Assembly: GCA_964016885.1 (NCBI GenBank)
Contig: OZ024741.1
Coordinates: 308,574,001 to 308,638,000, forward strand
Source of the DNA: Eledone cirrhosa
Lineage: Eukaryota
Reading direction: 5' to 3'
Length of the DNA: 64,000 nt
The notes under the pieces were generated by a model. It ran no database searches and was not told the DNA's origin. It worked only from the letters and a program-made list of their open reading frames with translations. A program made the translations under genes and the position numbers. Position 1 is the first letter of the stretch. Every line of letters starts with the position of its first letter. Below are positions 16,901 through 30,521 of this stretch, one piece after another.

Positions 16901-18426
16901 CACCATTATGAACCTCTTTACCACTATCCATTACCATACTACACCACCCTGCCACTACCATCTATACCACTATCCATTACCAGAGTACACCACCCCACCA
17001 CTACCACCTATACCACTGTTATTATGAGCCATTACCACACTACAACAATGCTGAACACTCCACCATCACTATCATCACTACGAAGAAATACTACCACCAC
17101 CATCAACAGCACCACCACAATCACCACCATCAACAGCACCACCACAATCACCACCATCAACAGCACCACCACAATCACCACCATCATAAAACAAACAAAC
17201 TTACACCAAGATCATCACTAATACATACTCCACTTCCAACACCACCAAACAACCACCATCACTCAACCAATCAAATACCAATACCACCACCACTTTCACT
17301 GCAACTACCAACACACTCACCAGCATCACCCGTCATTCCCACCCCAACCATCACTCACACCACCAACACCACCACTGATTATCAAACAATACCACAATCA
17401 TGAAAAACTGTACTAATTGCACATTAGACTCCTTAAATGGTGTGATTTTTGCCCTGTTCCCTTTACATTTCACCCTTTTCTCATAAAAATGCCATTAGCA
17501 ACAACAACAGTAACATCAGCAATAGCAACAACAGTAACATCAGCAGCAATAGCAACAACAGTAACATCAGCAGCAATAGCAACAACAGTAACATCAGCAG
17601 CAATAGCAAGAACAGTAACAACAGCAGCAATAGCAACAACAGCAGCAATAGGCAAGTTAAAAGACTCTTATAACTGCCTAACTAGAACATCAGGGCTAAC
17701 TTTTTTAATATGTATCCACATACTGACAAATTCATACAAGCCCTTTGTAAAATCCTACCCCCCCCCCACCACCACCACCAAATTAACACTCAACACACCA
17801 TGCACTCAACACCCTTTAAGCTAGATAGACACACCACAATATATAAACCAGATCTCACTTATTAAACACTTTTGGCACTTCAAAAACCCCTTTGGATAAA
17901 TCTCCACAAATTTTATATCTCATGACTGACAACCCCTTTGATATAGATTATATAACTTAGAAAATTACATTACTCAGACTATTATACAATATACCACCTC
18001 CAAGCATGCTTGACAACAAAAGCTTTCGGAGACAGACCAATACAAAATTCCAAATCTCATACAAATGCACATTCCACACAGACCTATTACATGCAAAAAT
18101 CTTTTTTATACAAATTAACATGCCTTTAATATTATCAGATGACACATTGCTACTGAGAGAAAGCCACTTTGGCTAACAAATAACTACTTTTCAATGGATA
18201 ATATACTCAATCTAAAAGAACATAACTCAGCTATATTCACACTGTTTTCTCTCATTCCTTTTCATTCTCTCTCTCAATTTCCATAAGTAGTAATTTTGAT
18301 TCTAGCCTGAAGATTGGATGGCACTAAAAAATTATCCTCTATCCAGAGTCCAGACAACAGCCAGTCCATGAAACTTAAGTGGCATTTCTATATACCTTCA
18401 GCACTATATGTATGTATGTTTGTTTG

Positions 18427-18458
<32 letters not shown>

Positions 18459-18598
18459 GTTGTTATATAGTAAGGTGCATTATTGGTTGTGTAAAATGGT
18501 CCAATAACTTTATGTTAGCAATATTAGGTTCTCCACGCTTTTGTATATCTCCAATTCCATTCGAGGGAACAGCTAGATGATGTAAAACGGAGTATAAG

Positions 18599-18965
18599 TA
18601 TCAAAATGAGAATCCGAAGGCAAGGTAAAATTCCAATCATTTAATCACGACACATGTTTCAATAAGAGATAGATCGATTGTGAAGCCATGATCGATTATC
18701 ACTGATCTCATCAGGTGAAAATGAATTGTCTTCAAATTCTTGATATGAGGGAGAAAATAACGATGTTCTCTCACAGAATTCATTCCCTCTGTGAGAGAAC
18801 ATCGTTATTGTTCTCCCTCATATCAAGAATTTGAAGACAATTCATTTTCATCTGATGAGATCAGTGATAATCGATCATGGCTTCACAATCGATCTATCTC
18901 TTATTGAAATGTGTCGTAATTAAATGATTGGAATTTTACCTTGCCTTCGGATTCTCATTTTGATA
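18599..18965. repeat. Long near-perfect palindrome (~180-bp arms, 10-nt loop) containing hammerhead-like cores; probable Penelope-like remnant
   Basis: Arms 18599-18777 and 18788-18965 are reverse complements with few mismatches. The minus strand of the left arm reads TCAC-CTGATGA...GAAACATGTGTC-GTGA. Abuts (TA)n. Confidence 0.85.
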
Positions 18966-18977
18966 TATATATATATA

Positions 18978-19073
18978 CAGGGTGTCCCGAAAAATTTGAC
19001 ATCATTGAGCTAGACTTAGTAGTTTTCGAGATATTTGCTTTTAAAATGATGTCAAAGTTTTTGGGACACCATA
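18978..19073. mobile_element. Tc1/mariner-type MITE
   Basis: TIRs CAGGGTGTCCCGAAAAATTTGACATCATT / AATGATGTCAAAGTTTTTGGGACACC, flanked by TA. Confidence 0.75.
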
Positions 19074-19121
19074 TATATGTGTGTGTGTGTGTGTATATAT
19101 ATATTATATATATATATAGAG

Positions 19122-20425
19122 AAGAAATTCTAAACATGGAAGCACGGCCTAGAATCAAAAGGCCTTAAAATTAACCTGGCTAAGACTAAAGTTCTAGTTT
19201 GTAAGAAAGAAAATAAGGCGGCGGTCCCTTCCGGGAAGTGGCCATGCTCAGTGTGTAGGGAAGGCGTAGGTAGAAACTCCATTTTATGTCCCAAATGCAA
19301 AGTATGGGTGCATAAAAGATGTAGTGGGATCACAGGTAAGCTAACTAAGAACATAGATTTTACATGTGGCCGGTGCTCTGGTGCAATAAGTAGCAGCAAG
19401 TGCTCACAAAATACTAGCTCTTTCAATTGCGCAGAGGGTTCTATAGAAATAGTGGACAGTTTCTGTTACCTGGGTGACAAAATCAGCAGTGGGGGAGGGT
19501 GCTCTGAAAGTACAGTAGCTAGAGTCAGAACTGGATGGAAAAAGTTCAGAGAGCTTATACCACTATTAGCCGCTAAAGGGTACTCCCTAAAAATGAAAGG
19601 CAGGTTGTATGATGCCTGCATACGAACAGCAATGTTGCATGGCAGTGAGACCTGGGCATTGTGTGCAGAGGATATATGCAGACTAGAGAGGAACGAAGCT
19701 TGCATGCTCCGCTGGATGTGTAATAGTAATATACGTGAACGGCAAAGCATAAACGAACTAAGGAAATAATTAGAAATAAGAGGGATCAGATGTTGTTTAC
19801 TCAAGAGAAGGCTACGTTGGTATGGTCACATGATGCGCATGAAAGACGACAGCTGTATAACAAAGTGGAGGGCAATAAAGATAGACGGTAGCCACGGAGT
19901 AGGCAGACCCAGAAAAACCTGGGACGAGCTGATAAATTCCGACCTCACACACTTACACCTCTCCAAGACAATGTCACTGGACCGAGACCTTTGGCGGTAC
20001 TCAGTAATAGAGAAGACCCGCCTTACCTAAATACAAAGTAAAACCTACTACAGTCAGTAGGCATCTCTAACAAAATACTCCCCCGTCCCAACACCCCCAC
20101 CCCATCCACACCGCCCCTTCAATGTAAAGTTATGTTGGTGCCACACTATCCAGGCCGAAACAAATGAGATCGTGTAGGTGTCACGTCAAAAAAACACACA
20201 GTCCACGCTGTAATGTGGCCGTGTAGGCAACACGGTAAAAACCTCCCAGCCCCACACTTTAAATGTGGTTGGTGTTAGGAAGGGCATCCAACTGTAGAAA
20301 ACCTGCCAGACAGTCCTATGCGAGCAAGACAATCACTCTTGCCTCAAGTGGGAAAACTCCCGTCCAAACCCATGCAAGCAGCGTGGAACATGGAGGTTAA
20401 ACGATGATGATGATGATGATGATGA
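19122..20425 (+). mobile_element. Second, more 5'-truncated copy of the same RTE LINE, with full 3' UTR and (GAT)n tail
   Basis: ORFs 19251-19769 and 19830-20030 are near-identical to the 31.2-32.8 kb copy, with an in-frame TAA at ~19767. The 3' UTR ends in GTTAAACGATGATGATG. Confidence 0.92.
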
Positions 20426-20659
20426 TATATGAATAAAGTTAGTCCTTCATCAGTGATCTTCCAACCATCATCGGTATTTCATCGCTTTACACACCCACAC
20501 ACACATATACATATATTTTTCATATATATAACAAAGAGGGTGTGATAAGATACCAGGTGAACCATAACGCACCATAGTACTCAACACATAGGGTAGATCA
20601 AGCCGTTGAAACGGTCGGAGCTCAGCCGTCAGGATCTCGACTCTTTTTATTTTATATGT

Positions 20660-20716
<57 letters not shown>

Positions 20717-20719
<3 letters not shown>

Positions 20720-20900
20720 TCATCATCATCATCATTTTACGTCCGCTTTTCCCTGCTTGCAAGGGTGGAACGGGTCCTATTTAGTGCAGCATCTCTCCAC
20801 TTGTCACGGTCCTTCGTCATCTCCACCGTGAGCTTCAGCGATCTGAGGTCTGCTCCCACCACCTCCGCTTATGTTTTTTGTGGTCTTCCTCTACTACGTC
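20717..20900 (-). mobile_element. 3' end of a second RTE subfamily
   Basis: Minus strand encodes RGRPQKT*AEVVGADLRSLKLTVEMTKDRDKWRDAAL, then the tail CCCTTGCAAGCAGGGAAAAGCGGACGTAAAA(TGA)n. Confidence 0.7.
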
Positions 20901-21038
20901 TATATATATATATATATATATATTCAGTAGGCACCTCTTAACCAACACAGTCACTTGACCAACCTTGCCTCAAGTGGGACAACTCCCATCTAACCCATGC
21001 TAGCGTGGAAAATGGACGTTAAACGAAGATGATGATGA

Positions 21039-21103
<65 letters not shown>

Positions 21104-22505
21104 CTGTTTCTACTTTTGGCACAAGACCAGCAATTATCTCAGTGTATTACTGGTACTTTATTTTATCGACCCCGTAAGGGTGAAAGGCAAGGTTAACCTC
21201 GGCGGGATTTGAACTCAGATCATAAAGGGCCGTAACTCAATAAATAATAGTAATAAATGGAAAATATATCACTATAACATCAAAATTTATTTCGTTATAT
21301 ATATTTCAAGGATAATAATTTATATTATGCCCTCATCAGACTCCCTGTCAAGTGCTTCATATCTGTTGTGATGATAATAATAATAATAATAATATGATGA
21401 TGATGATGATGAAGAAAAAGAAAAAGACAATGATGAAGAAGAAGAAGAAAAAGAAGAAACAGAAATGAAAAAAAAAGAAAGAGAAAAAGAAGAAAAGGAA
21501 AAAGGAAGAAAAAGAAAAGAAGACGATCAAGAAGAAGAAGCACAGAGCCAGACAGACATACAGTCAAACAAATGTTTGGCTTTTTTTCTTCTTCTCAATT
21601 CTCCCCCCCCCCCCCCCACTCTCCTTCCCTTCCTTCCTTTCTCTGTTATGGTGTAATTATATAGTTTATCTTTATTTCTACATTGATGAGGGAGGTCAAC
21701 AGTTTGACCTGTCTCCTTTCTCCCTTGATGAAACAATTAGGACACACACACTCACACACACACATATACATATACATATATATATATACATACACACTAA
21801 ACTATTAAAGATACAAATCACCCTGCCCCATGTCAGCTCATTTTTGCTTTTCATCTCTTTACATCCATCCTTAATGTATTTGTTATTGTATGTATCTATG
21901 TATATATTCGCATATACACACACATATATATACATACATATATATGTATGTATACACTTATAGATATACATATATACAAACACACACACACACATATATA
22001 TATATACACATATATATTTAGAGAGAGATTATATATAATAATTATATATAATATATATAGATATATTATATATAATATACTTACATATACAAACACACAC
22101 ATATATATATATACACATACACACACACATATATATACAGTATGTGTGACACTGTTTACTGTATTCTTCATGTTTCTTCTGTACATCTCATTATCTCTTC
22201 TTGTCTCTACTCTTTCACATCACACACCTCCACCTTCTCCCACACCTACTTCATCACAAATTTCATCTCCCTCTCCCCCCTCTCTCTCTGTATCTGTATC
22301 TATGTAAGTATGTGTGTGTATATAGTTAATAAATGAAACAAACTAAACATAGGAGGCAATATTACAGTTATATTAGGTTCATGCTTGGATGAAATGGAGG
22401 AGGTTACAATGTTTCCTACAAAAGTCCTTCTTCAGATAAAGTTTGGAGAAGGAGAGAACAGAGTGACATATGAGTAGTGTTAGAAGGATAGGGAAGGAAG
22501 TTAAT

Positions 22506-22839
22506 ATCATCATTTCATTTTACGTCTGCTTTTCCCTGCTTACAAGGGTGGGACGGGAACTGATTCTGGCTTGATTTCTACAGCTGGATGCCCTTCCTAA
22601 CACCAACCTCATTTACAGTGAGTGCTGGGTGGTTTTATGCCGTGGCACCTCCATGACCACTTTGCAGTGGAATGATATGGACCCCAGTCCCTATCATCTC
22701 ATTTCTACAGCTGAGTAAACTGGAGCAATGTGAAATAAAGTGTCTTGCTCAAGGAAACAACACATCACCCGGTCTGAGAATTAAACTCACAACCTTTCGA
22801 TTGCAAGGCCAATGCTCTAACCACTAAGCCATGTGCCTC
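22506..22839 (-). mobile_element. SINE family A copy
   Basis: Reverse complement of family A, including head GAGGCACATGGCTTAGTGG. Confidence 0.85.
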
Positions 22840-23360
22840 TATATATATATGCAAACTAGCTTTGGAATTGTATGAATTTGAATTGGGATGTATAATATAT
22901 CGGTCCAGTACCAGTGATGGGAGGGGATAGTTTCTAATCTTGTCAATTTGGGTAGATGGAGTGAAAGCTGATTATATTGACTCCAGTATTTTACTGGTAC
23001 ATTATTCTATCAAACCCCAGAAGAATGAAAGGCAAAGTTGACCTTTGTTGGGATTTTAAGCCAGAACATAAAGAGTTGTCTGATGCTCTTAATAATGATT
23101 TCTACTGTATTCCACTGTATCCCAGTGTATTACTGGTACTTTATTTTATCGACCCCGTAAGGATGTGAAAGGCAAAGTTAACCTTGGCGGGATTTGAACT
23201 CAGACTGTAAAGGACCATAACTCTATGCTACAAAGCATGGTGTGTGACGTTCTACCGATTCTGCCAATCCACTGCCCTTAATGATGCTCTTAATAATAAC
23301 AATAATAGCATCCATAGCATCCTTATAAATGGAAATAAAAGAAGAGACATTCTCTCTTTC

Positions 23361-23625
23361 TCTCTCCCTCTCTATGTAGCTCTAACTCTCTCCCACTCTA
23401 TGTAGCTCTAACTATCTCCCTCTCTATGTAGCTCTAACTTTCTCCCTCTCTATGTAGTTCTTTCTCTCTCCCTCTCTATGTAGCTCTAACTATCTCCCTC
23501 TCTATGTAGCTCTAACTCTCTCCCTCTCTATGTAGTTCTTTCTCTCTCCCTCTCTATGTAGCTCTAACTCTCTCCCTCTCTATGTAGTTCTAACTCTCTC
23601 CCTCTCTATGTAGTTCTAACTCTCT
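23361..23625. repeat. 26-bp minisatellite TCTCTATGTAGCTCTAACTCTCTCCC, ~10 copies
   Basis: Direct reading, period 26. Confidence 0.95.
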
Positions 23626-23995
23626 TTTTCTCCCTTTCTATCTCACAACCTTTTTCTTCCTTCCTCACACTTTCTGAAGAGAATTCTCCCCCCCCCCCCA
23701 CACACACAAACAAGCACACACACACACACACATACACACACACACACACACACATACATACACACATACACTGAATTCTGATAATGATGATGATAATGAT
23801 AATTTTTTTTGTATTAATATCATTCTTGTAATTAGAAATTAAAGAAAATATTGTCTTTCACTGCATCTCTCTCTCTCTCTCTCTCTGCCTTCCCACATTT
23901 CTCTCTCTTTCACCCTCTTCTTTTCTGTATTTCTATCTTTCTTTTATATGTGCCTATATATATATATATATATATATATATTCGTTTCTATCAGT

Positions 23996-24040
<45 letters not shown>

Positions 24041-24098
24041 ATTCTCTCTTTTTTGACTTTATGTGTATGTTTGTCTTTCTCTTTCTTTCTTTCTCTAT

Positions 24099-24143
<45 letters not shown>

Positions 24144-24409
24144 GTAATACAGGGTGTGATAGTGATATCTAGAGAGTGATAGGGAGTCTGAATGATAGAA
24201 GGGCAAAGAGAGAGAGGGGGGGGGCAGGTGGCTATATATATATATATATATATAAGAGAGAGAGAGAGAGAGAGGGGGAGAGAGAGAGATGAAAGGAAGC
24301 CAAGTAAAAAGGAAGATAATAAAAAGACTGCCAGAAAATTACAGTGTCTGAGAACAACAATTAGGAAGATTACTTTTGAAAATATCATTGCTGACACTTT
24401 TTCTAAACA

Positions 24410-25760
24410 TGATGGTGATGATGATGACAATGGTGGTGGTGATGGTGGTGGTGGTGGTGGTGGTGATGACAAGGGTGGTGGTGGTGATGGTGGTAGTGGT
24501 GGTGATGGTGATGGTGGTGGTGATGGTGGTGGTGGTGGTGGTGGTGGTGGTGGTGGTGGTGATGGTGATGGTGGTGGTGGTGGTGACAATGGTGGTGGTG
24601 ATGGTGGTGGTGGTGGTGGTGATGGTGATAGTGGTGGTGATGGTGGTGGTGGTGGTGGTGGTGACAATGGTGGTGGTGATGGTGGTGGTGGTGGTGGTGG
24701 TGATGGTGATAGTGGTGGTGATGGTGGTGGTGGTGGTGACAATGGTGGTGGTGATGGTGGTGGTGGTGGTGGTGGTGATGGTGATAGTGGTGGTGGTGGT
24801 GATAGTGGTGGTGGTGGTGGTGACAATGGTGGTGGTGATGGTGGTAGTGGTAGTGGTGGTGGTGGTGATGGTGATAGTGGTGGTAGTGGTAGTGGTGGTG
24901 GTGGTGATGGTGATAGTGGTGATGGTGGTGGTAGTGGTGGTGGTGGTGATGGTGATAGTGGTGGTGGTGGTGGTAGTGGTAGTGGTGGTGGCGGTGATGG
25001 TGATAGTGGTGGTGATGGTGGTAGTGGTAGTGGTGGTGGTGGTGATGGTGATAGTGGCGGTGATGGTGGTAGTGGTAGTGGTAGTGGTGGTGATGGTGGT
25101 GGTGATGGTGATAGTGGTAGTGGTGGTGATGGTGATAGTGGTGGTGGTGGTAGTGGTGGTGGTGGTGATAGTGGTAGTGGTGGTGGTGGTGATGGTGGTG
25201 GTGATGGTGATAGTGGTAGTGGTGGTGATGGTGATGGTGGTGGTGGTGGTAGTGGTGGTGGTGGTGATAGTGGTGGTGGTGGTAGTGGTGGTGGTGGTGA
25301 TAGTGGTAGTGGTGGTGGTGGTGATGGTGGTGGTGATGGTGATAGTGGTAGTGGTGGTGATGGTGATGGTGGTGGTGGTGGTAGTGGTGGTGGTGGTGAT
25401 AGTGGTAGTGGTGGTGGTGGTGATAGTGGTAGTGGTAGTGGTGGTGATGGTGGTGGTGATGGTGATAGTGGTAGTGGTGGTGATGGTGATAGTGGTGGTG
25501 GTGGTAGTGGTGGTGGTGGTGATAGTGGTGGTGGTGGTGGTGACAATGGTGGTGGTGATAGTGGTAGTGGTGGTGGTGGTGATGGTGATAGTGGTGGTGG
25601 TGGTGATAGTGGTGGTGATGGTGGTGGTGGTGGTGGTGGTGGTGGTGGTGGTGGTGGTGACAATCGTGGTGGTGATGGTGATAGTGGTAGTGGTGGTGAT
25701 GGTGATGGTGACAGTGATGATGGTGATGGTGATGGTGGTGATGGTAAAGGTGGTGGTGGT
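24410..25760. repeat. (GGT)n array with GAT/AGT/GACAAT interruptions
   Basis: Direct reading. Source of the spurious poly-G/P/T/V ORFs. Confidence 0.97.
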
Positions 25761-26159
25761 TGTGATGGTAGGGTTGATAGTGATAGTAATGCTATTGATG
25801 GTGATGGTGACAGCGGTAATGGCCATGTTGTTGTTGTTGGTGGTGGTGAGCATGTTGATAATGATGGTGATGGTGATGATTCTCCATCTAGTCTTGTTCT
25901 TCGTCATTTTTTTCTTCAGATTTGCTCCAGTTTGGCCTTAAATTTTTCCATTGATGTAGTTGTTGTTGTTGTTAATGATGATATTATTGCTGGTGTTGAT
26001 TGACATTGATGTTGGTGCTGTTGATGTTGTTAGTGCTGGTGTTGTTGGTGATGATGGTGATGTTATTACTGGTGGTGTCATTGCTGTTATTGTTGTTACT
26101 ATTGCTGCTGTTGTCGTTGTCCATGTTGTTAGGATATTTATGTTATTAATTGTATATAT

Positions 26160-26620
26160 TTTTGGCACAAGGCCAGCAATTATCCCAGTACATTACTGGT
26201 ACTTTATTTTATCGACCTCGTAAGGATGAAAGACAAAGTTAACCTCGGCGGGATTTGAACTCAGATCGTTAAGGGACGTAACTCTATGCTGCAAAGCATG
26301 GCGTCCGACCCTCTACCGATACTGCCAATCCACCGCCCTTTATGTTATTAATGCTGGCATTGTTGCTGATGCTGGTGTTATTGTTGATGTTATTGTTGAT
26401 GTTGATGTTCTGTTAGTATTGCTAGTATTATTATTTGAAGGGTGGTGGATTGGCAGTATCAGTAAGGGTCTGACGCCATGCTTTGCAGCAAAGTGATTAC
26501 GGCCCTTTATGGTCTGAATTCAAACCCTGCTGAGGTTAACTTTGCCTGTCATCCTTACGGGGTTGATAAGACAAAGCAGCAGTAATGCTCGCCTTGTGCC
26601 AAAAGTAGAAACAATTATTA
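26160..26620. mobile_element. Head-to-head inverted pair of SINE family B copies
   Basis: Minus copy ~26160-26340 and plus copy ~26438-26620. Further family B copies lie at ~12970, 14970, 21105, 23120, 35037, 52405, 59810 and 62136. Confidence 0.8.
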
Positions 26621-26823
26621 TTATTGACAGTGCATAGTGTTACGGCCCTTTACGTTCTGATTTCAAATCCTGTCAAGGTTAGCTTTGCCTTTCATCCTTG
26701 TTGATTTATCCTAGCATTTGCTTCCAAACAACAAGGATATTCAGAATATCACCTCAAGCCAGACAAGACCAGGACACCAGCAAAAAACACTCCTAACTAA
26801 CTAATTCACTTGACACAACTGAC

Positions 26824-28857
26824 TGGTGGTGGTGGTGGTGGTGGTGGTGGTGGTGATGGTGATGGTGGTGGTGGTGATGGTGGTGGTGGTGATGGTGGTG
26901 GTGGTGGTGGTGGTGGTGGTGATGGTGGTGGTGGTGGTGGTGGTGATGGTGATGGTGGTGGTGGTGGTGATGGTGGTGATGGTGGTGATGGTGGTGGTGG
27001 TGGTGGTGGTGATGGTGGTGGTGGTGGTGATGGTGATGGTGGTGGTGGTGATGGTGGTGGTGGTGGTGGTGATGGTGGTGGTGGTGGTGGTGGTGATGGT
27101 GGTGGTGGTGATGGTGGTGGTGGTGGTGGTGGTGATGGTGGTGGTGGTGGTGATGGTGGTGATGGTGGTGGTGGTGGTGGTGGTGATGGTGGTGGTGGTG
27201 GTGGTGGTGGTGGTGATGGTGGTGGTGGTGGTGATGGTGGTGATGGTGGTGGTGGTGGTGGTGGTGATGGTGGTGGTGGTGGTGATGGTGATGGTGGTGA
27301 TGGTGATGGTGGTGGTGGTGGTGATGGTGATGGTGGTGGTGGTGATGGTGGTGATGGTGGTGGTGGTGGTGGTGGTGGTGGTGGTGGTGATGGTGGTGGT
27401 GGTGGTGGTGGTGGTGGTGGTGATGGTGATGGTGGTGGTGGTGGTGATGGTGGTGATGGTGGTGGTGGTGGTGGTGGTGATGGTGGTGGTGATGGTGATG
27501 GTGGTGATGGTGATGGTGGTGATGGTGGTGGTGGTGGTGGTGGTGATGGTGGTGGTGGTGGTGGTGGTGGTGGTGGTGATGGTGATGGTGGTGGTGGTGG
27601 TGATGGTGGTGATGGTGGTGGTGGTGGTGGTGGTGATGGTGGTGGTGGTGGTGATGGTGATGGTGGTGATGGTGGTGGTGGTGGTGATGGTGATGGTGGT
27701 GGTGGTGATGGTGGTGGTGGTGATGGTGGTGGTGGTGGTGGTGGTGGTGGTGGTGGTGATGGTGATGGTGATGGTGGTGGTGGTGATGGTGATGGTGGTG
27801 GTGCTGGTGGTGGTGGTGGTGGTGATGGTGGTGGTGGTGGTGATGGTGATGGTGGTGATGGTGATGGTGGTGGTGGTGGTGATGGTGATGGTGGTGGTGG
27901 TGATGGTGGTGTTGGTGGTGGTGCTGGTGATGGTGGTGGTGGTGGTGGTGATGGTGGTGGTGGTGATGTTGATGGTGGTGGTGGTGGTGGTGGTGATGGT
28001 GGTGGTGGTGATGGTGGTGGTGGTGGTGGTGCTGGTGATGGTGGTGGTGGTGGTGGTGGTGGTGGTGGTGATGGTGATGGCGGTGGTGGTGATGGTGATG
28101 GTGGTGGTGGTGATGGTGGTGGTGGTGATGGTGGTGGTGGTGGTGGTGGTGGTGGTGGTGATGGTGATGGTGGTGGTGGTGGTGATGGTGATGGTGGTGG
28201 TGGTGATGGTGGTGATGGTGGTGGTGGTGGTGGTGATGGTGGTGATGGTGGTGGTGGTGGTGGTGGTGGTGATGGTGATGGTGGTGATGGTGGTGGTGGT
28301 GATGGTGGTGGTGGTGGTGGTGGTGATGGTGGTGATGGTGGTGATGGTGATGGTGGTGGTGGTGGTGGTGATGGTGGTGGTGGTGCTGGTGCTGGTGGTG
28401 GTGCTGGTGGTGGTGCTGGTGGTGGTGGTGGTGCTGGTGGTGGTGGTGGTGGTAGTGGTGGTGGTGGTGGTGGTGGTGATGGTGATGGTGATGGTGCTGG
28501 TGTTGGTGGTGGTGATGGTGGTGGTGATGGTGGTGGTGCTGGTGGTGGTGGTGGTGGTGGTGCTGGTGCTGGTGATGGTGGTGGTGGTGGTGGTGGTGGT
28601 GGTGATGGTGGTGCTGGTGGTGCTGGTGATGGTGCTGGTGGTGGTGGTGGTGGTGGTGGTGGTGGTGGTGGTGATGGTAGTGGTGGTGGTGGTGGTGGTG
28701 GTGGTGGTGGTGATGGTGCTGGTGTTGGTGGTGGTGATGGTGGTGGTGGTGGTGGTGGTGGTGGTGGTGGTGGTGGTGGTGGTGATGGTGGTGCTGGTGA
28801 TGGTGGTGGTGGTGGTGGTGGTGGTGGTGATGGTGGTGCTGGTGATGGTGGTGGTGG

Positions 28858-28888
<31 letters not shown>

Positions 28889-28907
28889 GGTGGTGGTGGT
28901 GGTGGTG
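26824..28907. repeat. (GGT)n array with GAT/GCT interruptions, ~2.1 kb
   Basis: Direct reading. Confidence 0.97.
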
Positions 28908-29339
28908 AAAATAGTGGCAGTGATGTTGTTATTGTTTGTGGTGGCGTAGGTGTTGGAGTTGGTAGTAGTAATAATGGTGGTGGTGATGGTGGTGTTAACA
29001 GGGTGGGGTAGTGATAATGGTGTTGGTGACAGTGGTAAGAGCGAGTCCCCTACCCAACTCCCACCCCACTATATCTCCATCTGTAATAAGGGAGCTTGGA
29101 GATGTTGTTGTTGTTGTTGTTGGAGCGGAGCTTGTAATGGTAGAAGTTGAGGATAGGATAGCTCTACTACCACCACAAACCACAACAACAACAACAACAA
29201 CAATAGATACCACCTTTACCACCAACTAACACCCCATCCCTACCCAAAGAGACTGTTTTTACCCCCCCCCCCTCTTTCTTTAATGGCATTTCTGTTAGAA
29301 CTTACAACGCCCAACCCAATACAATCCAGCCAACCTTCT

Positions 29340-29464
29340 CACACACATACACAACTATAAACACACACATACACAACTATAAACACACACATACACAACT
29401 ATAAACACACACATACACAACTATAAACACACACATACACAACTATAAACACACACATACACAC
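29340..29464. repeat. 22-bp minisatellite ACACACATACACAACTATAAAC
   Basis: Direct reading, ~5.5 copies. Confidence 0.9.
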
Positions 29465-29835
29465 CTATTTATCTTACACTGCTTACACACACACTTTGCC
29501 AAAAAATATCACCAAAGTGCAAACATTATTCATAAATCTGCATATGTGGAGATGTATGTGTGGATGTGTGTGTGTGTGTGTGTTTGTACATATACATGAC
29601 TCGATGTGTGTATATATGCATACATATATATATGTGTGTGTATAAATATATATATATATATTTATATATATATATATACACATACACATATGTATATATA
29701 AATATATATATATCATGCCTCTGTGTGTATGTGGATGCATAAATATATCTATACACACACATGTATATGCATATATATATATAAGTGTGTGTGTGTATAT
29801 ATATATATATAAGTGTGGTTGTGTGTATATATATG

Positions 29836-29887
<52 letters not shown>

Positions 29888-29896
29888 CATATATAA

Positions 29897-29958
<62 letters not shown>

Positions 29959-30023
29959 TGCAAGCAGGGGAAAGCGGACGTAAAATGATGATGATATATA
30001 TATATATATATATATACATAAGC

Positions 30024-30082
<59 letters not shown>

Positions 30083-30466
30083 TATTGCAAGCAGGGAAAA
30101 GTGGACGTAAAATGAAATGATGATGATGATGATGATGATATATGTGTGTGTGTGTGTGTGTGTAGCTACATTTATGCATCCATATAGACACACAGAGACA
30201 TGAGACATGAGGAAAATTCAAGAAGCTAACTAGCTAACTAACTGTCATCTTTATTCTTTTATGCTATTAATGGGAAGGTGGTATTGCTCTCTGAATTGCA
30301 GAAAATATATATGAAAAATGTTAAAAAAAACACTTGACACCCCAGCTAACCACATCATATTACATCCTTACATGACTGAAACATTCCCAAACCAAGACAC
30401 AAAAATAGAAAAGAATAAAGGGAAACCATTATATGCACATACACATATTATATATATATATAAATA

Positions 30467-30521
<55 letters not shown>

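Noticed and set aside
16598-17221. 207-aa Pro/His/Thr-rich ORF
   Set aside because: Low-complexity CCA/CAA-derived sequence with a 30-bp internal repeat, antisense within an intron.
21684-21745. TTGATGAGGGAG..CTCCC..GAAAC hammerhead-like string (similar weak case at 61315-61350)
   Set aside because: Core substitutions and no credible stems I and III. Too degenerate to call.
24095-29011. 500-730 aa Gly-, Pro-, Thr- and Val-rich ORFs
   Set aside because: These are translations of (GGT)n arrays, open in several frames on both strands and lying inside a prospero intron. There is no non-repetitive domain.
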